Shown piece by piece: positions 56,285 to 64,000 of a stretch of 64,000 bases of DNA (the stretch's first letter is position 1; every line of letters begins with the position of its first letter). The notes beneath the pieces are model-generated. The model was not told the origin of the DNA. It saw nothing but the letters and a program-made list of their open reading frames with translations, and did not search any database. A program made the position numbers and the translations under genes. Source of the stretch: an uncultured Eubacterium sp. (GTDB lineage: Bacteria; Bacillota; Clostridia; Lachnospirales; Lachnospiraceae); assembly GCA_945939115.1 (NCBI GenBank), contig CAMEVC010000011.1, positions 7,509 to 71,508 on the forward strand, read 5' to 3'.

Positions 56285-57427
56285 ATGAAGAATGTTTCCA
56301 TTCTGGGGTCTACCGGTTCTATAGGTACACAGACCCTCGATGTTATCAGAAGAAATAAGGACATAAATGTTGTTGCTCTTGCAGCAGGAACCAGAGTTTC
56401 TGAGCTTGCTGCACAGGTGAGAGAGTTCAGACCGGAGCTTGTGTGTGTTGGAAGTGAGGAACTTGTTCCACAGATTAAGCAGCTATTGGCTGATGTTGAT
56501 GTCAGAATAGTATGTGGCAACGAGGGACTTATCGAGGCTGCTGTTATTGGCAGTGCAGATATAGTTGTGACTGCTGTGGTAGGAATGATGGGGATTGTCC
56601 CAACAATTAAAGCTATACAGGCTCATAAGGATATAGCTTTAGCTAATAAAGAGACACTCGTATGTGCTGGACATATTATAATGAAACTCGCGAAGGAATG
56701 CGGGGTTAATATTTATCCGGTTGACAGTGAACATTCTGCGATTTTTCAATGCCTTAATGGTGAAAATCACGGCGAAATCAGCAAGATTCTTCTCACTGCT
56801 TCGGGAGGACCGTTCCGTGGCAGAAAGAGAGCTGAACTTGAAAATGTACAGTTGGAGGATGCACTAAAGCATCCTAACTGGTCTATGGGACGCAAGATAA
56901 CCATAGACTCCTCAACAATGGTTAACAAGGGACTTGAGGTTATGGAGGCGCAGTGGCTCTTTGGAGTTCCGGCTGACAAGGTCCAGGTAGTTGTACAGCC
57001 ACAGAGTGTTATTCATTCCATGGTGGAATTTAAGGATGGAGCTGTAATGGCGCAGCTTGGGAGTCCGGATATGCGGCTTCCTATACAGTATGCGCTTTAT
57101 TATCCGGAAAGAAGAGAACTTAATACAGACAGGCTGGATTTCTATGAACTTTCCGGCATTACATTTGAAAAACCGGATATGGAGACATTCAGGGGACTTA
57201 AGCTGGCATATGAAGCAGCGTACAGGGGTGGAAATATTCCGACAGCCTTTAATGCTGCTAATGAAGTAGCAGTTGCCAGATTCTTAGACAGACAGATACG
57301 GTATCTTGATATTCCGGATATTATAGAATACGCCATGAAGGAAGTGGATTATATTGAGAATCCGACTGTGGAAGAAATATTATCTACTCAGGATTATGTA
57401 ACAGAAATAATAAAAGGCAGGTGGTAG
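56285..57427 (+). CDS. dxr: 1-deoxy-D-xylulose 5-phosphate reductoisomerase
   Basis: ILGSTGSIGTQTLDV, LANKE, PVDSEHSAIFQC, LTASGGPFR, NKGLEVMEA. ATG 56285 follows GGAGG. Confidence 0.97.
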   Translation: MKNVSILGSTGSIGTQTLDVIRRNKDINVVALAAGTRVSELAAQVREFRPELVCVGSEELVPQIKQLLADVDVRIVCGNEGLIEAAVIGSADIVVTAVVGMMGIVPTIKAIQAHKDIALANKETLVCAGHIIMKLAKECGVNIYPVDSEHSAIFQCLNGENHGEISKILLTASGGPFRGRKRAELENVQLEDALKHPNWSMGRKITIDSSTMVNKGLEVMEAQWLFGVPADKVQVVVQPQSVIHSMVEFKDGAVMAQLGSPDMRLPIQYALYYPERRELNTDRLDFYELSGITFEKPDMETFRGLKLAYEAAYRGGNIPTAFNAANEVAVARFLDRQIRYLDIPDIIEYAMKEVDYIENPTVEEILSTQDYVTEIIKGRW

Positions 57428-57430
57428 AAG

Positions 57431-58810
57431 TTGGTTCTTAATGTAATTCTGGCTATTCTTGTACTTAGTATTATCGTTATTGTACACGAGTTTGGACATT
57501 TTATTATAGCGAAGGCTAATGGTATAACGGTTGTTGAGTTTTCGATAGGATTCGGGCCAAAGCTTATACATTTTAAAAAGGGAGATACAGAGTACTGCAT
57601 TAAAGCACTTCCGTTTGGTGGAGCCTGTACTATGCTCGGCGATGAATTTCTTGAGATGAATATAGCAGAGTCAGAGGATGAGACAGATACAGAGCTCACT
57701 CCAGAGGAAAAAGAAGCTAAGAAGTTAAAAATGGCTGTTGAGAACGGATATGACATGAATAAGTCATTTTCAAGCAAATCCGTATGGGCAAGGATTGCTG
57801 TTATTGCGGCAGGTCCGATATTTAATTTTATTCTGGCTTTTGTCTGTGCTGTTGTTATAATTGGAAGCATAGGATATGACCCGTGCGACATTGATGTGGT
57901 TAATACAGGTTCTCCGGCAGCAGAGGCAGGTCTTGAAGCGGGTGATGTTATTACAAAGGTTAACGGCCATAATATAACATTCTACAGAGACTTCTATTTT
58001 TATAGATATTATAATGCCAGTGAAACTCTTAATATTACATTTGAGAGAGATGGACAGGAAATGCATACAACTGTCACTCCTAACCATATAAAACAGCAGA
58101 AATATCAGGTGGGAATAATGATTTCTGAGAACTGCTCAATCAGTTCAGTGAATGACGATTCTCCTGCTAAGAAGGCGGGACTTAAGGCTAATGATGTAAT
58201 TAAGGCTGTAGATGGGGTGCAGATGGAGACCAATTCCCAGATAACAGAGGCTATTACATCAAGCGGCGGCAAAGATGTCATTTTTACAGTTATGAGGGAT
58301 GGCAAGAGTATTGACATTACAGTCCATCCGAAGATGGTTGAAGTTGAAAGCTATGACACTGGTTTCGTTGTATATGGAGACAGGGTTAAAGTTTCACCAA
58401 TTTCAACGTTGAAATATTCCGTATGCGAGGTTGGCTATAGTGTAAAGACAGTAATTCAGAGCCTTGGAATGATGTTTACAGGCAAGGTGGGATTTGATTC
58501 ACTGTTAGGACCGGTTGGAACGGTAAATACAATGAGCGAGATAGTTGAGGAGAGCAAGTCGGACGGTGCGTTCTATGTATTCCTTAACCTTATGAATCTC
58601 GCGGCGCTTATCAGTGCTAACCTGGGAGTGATGAATCTTCTGCCTATTCCGGCGTTAGATGGCGGAAGACTTGTATTTCTTATTATTGAGGCTTTGCGCG
58701 GAAAGCCGATTAAACGTGAGCATGAGGGTATTGTACATTTTATCGGAATGATACTGCTCGTCATACTTATGGTTGTTGTTCTGTTTAAGGATATTGCGGC
58801 GTTATTCTAG
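57431..58810 (+). CDS. rseP: RIP site-2 metalloprotease RseP (M50 family, two PDZ domains)
   Basis: TTG start. HEFGH in TM1. Two PDZ-like segments (GSPAAEAGLEAGDVITKVNG; DSPAKKAGLKANDVIKAVDG). C-terminal NLLPIPALDGG. Confidence 0.93.
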   Translation: MVLNVILAILVLSIIVIVHEFGHFIIAKANGITVVEFSIGFGPKLIHFKKGDTEYCIKALPFGGACTMLGDEFLEMNIAESEDETDTELTPEEKEAKKLKMAVENGYDMNKSFSSKSVWARIAVIAAGPIFNFILAFVCAVVIIGSIGYDPCDIDVVNTGSPAAEAGLEAGDVITKVNGHNITFYRDFYFYRYYNASETLNITFERDGQEMHTTVTPNHIKQQKYQVGIMISENCSISSVNDDSPAKKAGLKANDVIKAVDGVQMETNSQITEAITSSGGKDVIFTVMRDGKSIDITVHPKMVEVESYDTGFVVYGDRVKVSPISTLKYSVCEVGYSVKTVIQSLGMMFTGKVGFDSLLGPVGTVNTMSEIVEESKSDGAFYVFLNLMNLAALISANLGVMNLLPIPALDGGRLVFLIIEALRGKPIKREHEGIVHFIGMILLVILMVVVLFKDIAALF

Positions 58811-58825
58811 AGGAGATGTTATTAT

Positions 58826-59881
58826 ATGTTTAGAGATAATACAAATGTTGTTAAAATCGGAAACCGTGTTATAGGCGGAGGAAATCCTATATTAATCCAG
58901 TCGATGACTAATACCCGCACAGAGGATGTAAAGGCTACGGTGGAACAGATTCATGCTCTAACCAAAGCCGGGTGTGACATAATCAGATGTACAGTTCCAA
59001 CGCAGGAAGCAGCACTTGCGTTGAAAGAAATCAAGAAGCAGATTGAGATTCCTTTGGTAGCAGATATACATTTTGACTATCGTATGGCAATTATGGCTAT
59101 GGAAAATGGCGCAGACAAGATTAGAATTAATCCGGGGAATATTGGAAAAGAAGATAAAATCAAGGCTGTAGTAGATGTTGCCAGAGAGAGAAATATTCCT
59201 ATTAGAGTAGGAGTAAACAGTGGTTCTCTTGAGAAAGAAATTATTAAAAAATATGGTGGCGTGACAGCAGAGGGAATTGTTGAAAGTGCTCTTGATAAAG
59301 TGAAGATTATTGAGGATATGGGATATGATAATCTGGTGGTAAGCATTAAGTCCTCAGATGTAATGATGTGTGTAAGGGCTCATGAACTTATTGCAGAGCA
59401 GACAAAGCACCCGCTTCATGTTGGAATTACTGAATCAGGAACAGTATTCTCAGGAAGTATTAAGTCATCTATCGGACTGGGGCTTATTCTTAACCAGGGA
59501 ATAGGCGATACAATAAGAGTTTCCCTTACTGATGATCCCGTGAGGGAAGTGGAGGCAGCAAAGCTTATTCTTAAGACGCTTGGGCTTAAGAAGGGAGGAA
59601 TTGAGGTTGTTTCATGTCCTACATGTGGAAGGACAAGAATTAATCTTATTGAACTTGCTGGTAAGGTTGAGAAAATGGTATCCGACTATGACCTTAATCT
59701 TAAGCTGGCTGTTATGGGCTGTGTTGTTAACGGACCGGGAGAGGCGAAAGAGGCAGACTTAGGAATTGCAGGAGCAGATGGCTATGGAGTACTTATTAAA
59801 CACGGTGAGATAATCAGGAAAGTGCCGGAGGAAGAACTGCTTAGTACGCTTAAGTATGAGCTGGATAACTGGAACGCATAG
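58826..59881 (+). CDS. ispG: 4-hydroxy-3-methylbut-2-en-1-yl diphosphate synthase (flavodoxin)
   Basis: PILIQSMTNT, DIIRCTVP, VADIHFDYR, IRINPGNIG, and Cys ligands in VSCPTCGRT and MGCVVNGPGE. Confidence 0.97.
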   Translation: MFRDNTNVVKIGNRVIGGGNPILIQSMTNTRTEDVKATVEQIHALTKAGCDIIRCTVPTQEAALALKEIKKQIEIPLVADIHFDYRMAIMAMENGADKIRINPGNIGKEDKIKAVVDVARERNIPIRVGVNSGSLEKEIIKKYGGVTAEGIVESALDKVKIIEDMGYDNLVVSIKSSDVMMCVRAHELIAEQTKHPLHVGITESGTVFSGSIKSSIGLGLILNQGIGDTIRVSLTDDPVREVEAAKLILKTLGLKKGGIEVVSCPTCGRTRINLIELAGKVEKMVSDYDLNLKLAVMGCVVNGPGEAKEADLGIAGADGYGVLIKHGEIIRKVPEEELLSTLKYELDNWNA

Positions 59882-59917
59882 ATTGTCACGGAAGGTGACA
59901 TATGCAGGGAGATAGGT

Positions 59918-62900
59918 ATGCATAAGTTTTTTGAGGTTTTTAAAACATTAAAGCTGCCAGAGGATTTAGCTGTTTATTTTGAGAATGTGGAGGTTACCAA
60001 GGTCTCAAAAACTTCAACTAATTCTCTGGCACGTGTTTATATAAAAAGTGACAGAGTAATAGAAAAGCCTATTATATTTAAAGTGGAAGATGCATTAAAG
60101 AGACAGATTTTCCGCATATCCAATATGGATGTCAGAATTGTAGACAGGTATGTGCTTTCTAAACAGTACACACCGCAGACGGTCATGGATATATACTATG
60201 ACAGTATTCTGGCAGAACTGGAAAAGTACTGGACACTTGAATATAATCTTTTGAAGAATTCCCAGTGGGAATTCGTGGAGGAGGACCGTCTTGTATTTAC
60301 CATAGAAGACAGTTTTCTGGCGCATCAGTATGCGGAAACGCTAACTGATTACTTTAAGAAAATATTCTTGAACAGATTTGGCTTTGAGATTGATGTGGAA
60401 TATCAGTACGCTAAGAAGAAGGAGAGCCAGTATGAAAAAGAAAATGCGTACAAAATCAATCTCCGTGTAAAGGAAATTGAGAATAATATTATTGCTGCAC
60501 AGGAAAATGCCGGTGAGGAAACAGATAAGAAAGGACTTACTTCTTCCCAGAAGGCGGCAAAGAAGGCGGAGGCAGCCGAAAAACAAAAGGCAGCAAGAGC
60601 AGCATTCTTTGCAAGTGATAACAGGGGAAGAGAGGAACTGAAGTCTTACAGCAGGAAACCTGCCAACGATGATGTGCTTTTTGGAAGAGATTTTGACGGT
60701 GATATCACGCCTATTGAACAGATAGACACAGCTATTGGAGATGTAATTATTTCCGGAATGGTCAGAAACGTTGAGAACAGGGAAATCCGAAATGAGAGAA
60801 CAATAATAATGTTTAATGTTACGGATTTCACAGATACAATAACGGTGAAGGTTTTTGCTAAAAATGAGCAGGTGCCTGAGCTTATGGGATTTATAAAGAA
60901 TGGGAGTTTTCTTAAGATTAAGGGTAATGCTACATTTGACAAATATGACCAGGAGATTTCAATTGCAAATGTATGGGGGATAAGGAAAGGTTCTGACACA
61001 AGAACGTCCCGAAATGATCTGGCCCTTCACAAGAGAGTTGAACTGCACTGCCACACTAAGATGAGTGATATGGATGGCGTTTCATATGTGTCTGATATAA
61101 TAAAACAGGCTATAAGATGGGGGCATAAGGCAATTGCAATCACAGACCACGGTGTGGTTCAGGCATTTACAGATGCTTTTCATACAATCAGAGACATTAA
61201 AGGTTCCTATGAGAAAAAAGGTGAGAAGCTTGATTTTAAGGTGATCTACGGGGTTGAGGCTTATCTTGTGGATGATACCAAACAGATTGTTACTAATGCA
61301 GCAGGGCAGAGTTTTGATGATACATTTATTGTTTTTGATTTAGAGACGACAGGATTTTCTGCTGAGGTTGACAGAATTATAGAAATTGGTGCAGTAAAGG
61401 TATGCCATGGTGAGATAGTTGACAGATTTTCTTCATTTGTTAATCCGGAAATACCGATTCCTTTTAGAATTGAGACACTTACACATATCAACGACCAGAT
61501 GGTTATGAATGCACCTAAGATAGAGGAAGTACTTCCGGAATTCCTTAAGTTCTGTGAGGGGGCTGTGATGGTTGCCCACAATGCGGAATTTGATACGAGT
61601 TTCATTATTAATAAAGCGAAGAATATTGGAATCAGTTTAACTCCTACAATTATTGACACTGTTCTTCTTGCGCAGTTTCTTATGCCGAATCTGCACAATT
61701 ATAAGCTTGACACACTCACAAAACATCTTGGTGTAGTGCTTGATAATCACCACAGAGCTGTAGATGATGCTGCAGCTACAGCGGATATTTTTGTCAAAAT
61801 GATTAAAATGTTAGATGACCGGGATATTTTCACACTGGATAAGCTCAACGAAGAAGGGAAAATGGATGAGAATGCCATCAAGAAGCTGCATCAGTATCAC
61901 TGTATAATTCTGGCTTCTAATGAGATGGGACGAATTAATCTGTACAGGCTTGTGTCTGCATCACATTTGCAATATTTTAACAGGTTTCCGAAGATCCCAA
62001 AGAGTATGGTTAATCAGTACAGAGAGGGATTAATTATAGGAAGTGCCTGTGAGGCTGGAGAACTGTTCAGGAGTCTTGTGAATGGACGCTCAGAGACAGA
62101 GATAGCACGAATTGTGAATTTCTATGATTACCTAGAGATTCAGCCAATTGGCAATAACAGGTTCATGATAGATAAGGAAGACTGTTATGTTAAAGACGAG
62201 GAGGATTTGAAAAACCTTAACAGGCGTGTAGTTGAGCTTGGAGAGAAATTTGGAAAACCGGTAGTTGCTACCTGTGATGTGCATTTTCTTAACCCGGAGG
62301 ATGAAATATACAGGCGGATTATCATGGCTGGCAAAGGATTTGATGATGCAGATAACCAGGCTCCGCTGTATCTTCATACAACAGAGGAAATGCTGCATGA
62401 GTTTGATTATCTTGGAAGCGACAAGGCATATGAGGTTGTAGTTACTAATTCTAACAAAATTATGGATATGTGTGAGGAGATTGAACCTGTACGTCCGGAT
62501 AAATGTCCTCCGTTTATCGAGAATTCTGATCAGATGTTAAGGACTATTTGTGAGAACAGAGCGCATGAGATATACGGACCCAAACTGCCTGACATAGTTA
62601 CAGAGAGACTGGAAAGAGAACTGAATTCTATTATTTCCAATGGATATTCAGTTATGTACATAATAGCGCAGAAGCTGGTATGGAAGTCTAATGATGACGG
62701 ATATCTGGTTGGCTCGAGAGGTTCCGTTGGCTCCTCATTTGCAGCTACGATGGCGGGTATTACTGAAGTTAACCCGCTCAGCCCTCATTATCTGTGTCCA
62801 AAATGTTATTATAATGATTTTTACTCAGATGAAGTAAAAGCATTTGCAGGTGGAGCAGGATGCGATATGCCTGATAAAACATGTCCTAAATGTGGAGCAA

Positions 62901-64000
62901 AGCTTAATAAAATGGGCTTTGACATTCCTTTTGAAACTTTCCTTGGATTCAAGGGTAATAAGGAACCGGATATTGACCTTAACTTTTCCAATGAGTATCA
63001 GAGTAAGGCTCATGCATATACGGAGGTAATCTTTGGAAAAGGTCAGACATTCAAAGCGGGAACCATCGGTACCGTGGCGGAGAAGACTGCTTATGGATTT
63101 GTGCTTAAGTATTTCGAGGAAAAGTCAGAGAAGAATCTGCTTGAGGGAAAGCCTGCAATTGTCAAGAGAAAGTGCGAGATAGAGAGAATATCGGAAGGCT
63201 GTATAGATATAAGAAGGACAACAGGACAGCATCCGGGAGGAATTGTTGTTCTGCCTATTGGAGAGGAAATACATTCGTTTACGCCTGTACAGCATCCTGC
63301 AAATGATATGACTACCAATATTGTGACAACACATTTTGATTATCACAGTATTGATCATAACTTGTTGAAACTGGATATACTGGGGCATCTTGACCCTACA
63401 ATGATCAGGATGCTTCAGGACCTTACAGGAATCGACCCTCTGGAGATTCCTTTGGATTCTAAGGAGGTAATGTCTTTATTCCAGAATACATCTGCCCTTG
63501 GTATAAAACCTGAGGATATTGGTGGGTGTAAGCTGGGAGCATTGGGTATTCCTGAGTTTGGTACAGATTTTGCCATGCAGATGCTAATGGATACAAAGCC
63601 AAAGTTTTTTTCCGACCTTGTTAGAATTGCAGGACTGGCCCATGGTACAGATGTATGGCTTGGCAACGCCCAGACTCTTATTAAAGAGGGTAAGGCAACT
63701 ATTTCAACTGCTATATGTACCCGAGATGATATTATGATTTACCTAATTCAGAAGGGACTTGACTCGGAGGAATCCTTTAAGATAATGGAAGCAGTGCGAA
63801 AAGGAACAGTTGCGAAGGGAAAATGTGCTAACTGGGATGTATGGAAACAGGATATGATAGACCATGGAGTGCCTGACTGGTATATCTGGTCCTGTGAGCG
63901 TATCAAGTATATGTTTCCAAAGGCCCATGCTGCAGCTTATGTTATGATGGCATGGCGTGTCGCTTACTGTAAGGTGTTTTATCCCCTTGCGTATTACACG
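59918..64000 (+). CDS. polC: DNA polymerase III PolC-type, 5' partial (runs off the window)
   Basis: The frame is open from ATG 59918 to 64000 (1361 codons, no stop; it is absent from the ORF track only because no stop is reached). My own translation shows PHP VELHCHTKMSDMDG, the DnaQ-type exonuclease motifs FIVFDLETTGFS, VAHNAEFD and HHRAVDDA, zinc-finger CPKCYY...CPKCG, and the polymerase core (GSVGSS, GIDP). Confidence 0.95.
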   Translation, partial: MHKFFEVFKTLKLPEDLAVYFENVEVTKVSKTSTNSLARVYIKSDRVIEKPIIFKVEDALKRQIFRISNMDVRIVDRYVLSKQYTPQTVMDIYYDSILAELEKYWTLEYNLLKNSQWEFVEEDRLVFTIEDSFLAHQYAETLTDYFKKIFLNRFGFEIDVEYQYAKKKESQYEKENAYKINLRVKEIENNIIAAQENAGEETDKKGLTSSQKAAKKAEAAEKQKAARAAFFASDNRGREELKSYSRKPANDDVLFGRDFDGDITPIEQIDTAIGDVIISGMVRNVENREIRNERTIIMFNVTDFTDTITVKVFAKNEQVPELMGFIKNGSFLKIKGNATFDKYDQEISIANVWGIRKGSDTRTSRNDLALHKRVELHCHTKMSDMDGVSYVSDIIKQAIRWGHKAIAITDHGVVQAFTDAFHTIRDIKGSYEKKGEKLDFKVIYGVEAYLVDDTKQIVTNAAGQSFDDTFIVFDLETTGFSAEVDRIIEIGAVKVCHGEIVDRFSSFVNPEIPIPFRIETLTHINDQMVMNAPKIEEVLPEFLKFCEGAVMVAHNAEFDTSFIINKAKNIGISLTPTIIDTVLLAQFLMPNLHNYKLDTLTKHLGVVLDNHHRAVDDAAATADIFVKMIKMLDDRDIFTLDKLNEEGKMDENAIKKLHQYHCIILASNEMGRINLYRLVSASHLQYFNRFPKIPKSMVNQYREGLIIGSACEAGELFRSLVNGRSETEIARIVNFYDYLEIQPIGNNRFMIDKEDCYVKDEEDLKNLNRRVVELGEKFGKPVVATCDVHFLNPEDEIYRRIIMAGKGFDDADNQAPLYLHTTEEMLHEFDYLGSDKAYEVVVTNSNKIMDMCEEIEPVRPDKCPPFIENSDQMLRTICENRAHEIYGPKLPDIVTERLERELNSIISNGYSVMYIIAQKLVWKSNDDGYLVGSRGSVGSSFAATMAGITEVNPLSPHYLCPKCYYNDFYSDEVKAFAGGAGCDMPDKTCPKCGAKLNKMGFDIPFETFLGFKGNKEPDIDLNFSNEYQSKAHAYTEVIFGKGQTFKAGTIGTVAEKTAYGFVLKYFEEKSEKNLLEGKPAIVKRKCEIERISEGCIDIRRTTGQHPGGIVVLPIGEEIHSFTPVQHPANDMTTNIVTTHFDYHSIDHNLLKLDILGHLDPTMIRMLQDLTGIDPLEIPLDSKEVMSLFQNTSALGIKPEDIGGCKLGALGIPEFGTDFAMQMLMDTKPKFFSDLVRIAGLAHGTDVWLGNAQTLIKEGKATISTAICTRDDIMIYLIQKGLDSEESFKIMEAVRKGTVAKGKCANWDVWKQDMIDHGVPDWYIWSCERIKYMFPKAHAAAYVMMAWRVAYCKVFYPLAYYT

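Noticed and set aside
59884-59900. Small hairpin TGTCAC-GGAAG-GTGACA between ispG and polC, considered as a terminator.
   Set aside because: It has only a 6-bp stem and no U-tract, and it sits 18 nt from the polC start. It is more likely incidental.
1-64000. I searched by eye for CRISPR arrays, tRNA/rRNA genes, IS elements, integrases, prophage or defence genes (restriction, Abi, TA pairs).
   Set aside because: I saw no regularly spaced direct repeats and no tRNA-like GC-rich cloverleaf segments in any intergenic region. No ORF has transposase, recombinase or nuclease signatures. All intergenic gaps apart from 9270-9593 and 15207-15498 are shorter than ~190 nt.

Overview
This is a 64-kb chromosomal segment from a low-GC Gram-positive bacterium (Firmicutes/Clostridia). 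Gene content and order look Lachnospiraceae-like, but that cannot be proven from the sequence alone. Every gene I can support lies on the + strand. There are four blocks. (1) 1-9336 is a tightly packed five-gene operon. Four of its proteins carry prepilin-type (type IV pilin-like) N-termini and are unusually large (437, 851, 187 and 218 aa). The fifth is a 1335-aa membrane-anchored multi-module protein. A double hairpin terminator closes the operon. This is the only clearly accessory, poorly understood part of the window and my best candidate for an undescribed system. (2) 9594-15206 holds comM(yifB)-dprA-topA-codY. (3) 15387-50244 is a ~35-kb fla/che-type flagellar/chemotaxis super-operon: flgB flgC fliE fliF fliG fliH fliI fliJ ylxF-like fliK flgD flg_new flgE, then flbD motA motB fliL fliM fliY cheY fliO fliP fliQ fliR flhB flhA flhF flhG pilZ cheB cheA cheW cheC cheD small-orf sigD. 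Four poorly characterised co-oriented genes follow it: a DUF342/FapA-like protein, a 103-aa protein, a membrane-anchored protein with an HTH-like tail, and a protein with only the MltG N-terminal lobe. (4) 50287-64000 is housekeeping: rpsB-tsf, a bactofilin gene, pyrH-frr, uppS-cdsA-dxr-rseP-ispG and the first 1361 codons of polC. I saw no rRNA, tRNA, CRISPR array, transposase/integrase or recognisable defence/toxin genes. All functional names come from motif and gene-order recognition by eye, because no database search was possible. Where the ORF track starts at an upstream GTG/TTG, I moved the start to the ATG with the best Shine-Dalgarno and say so in the evidence.
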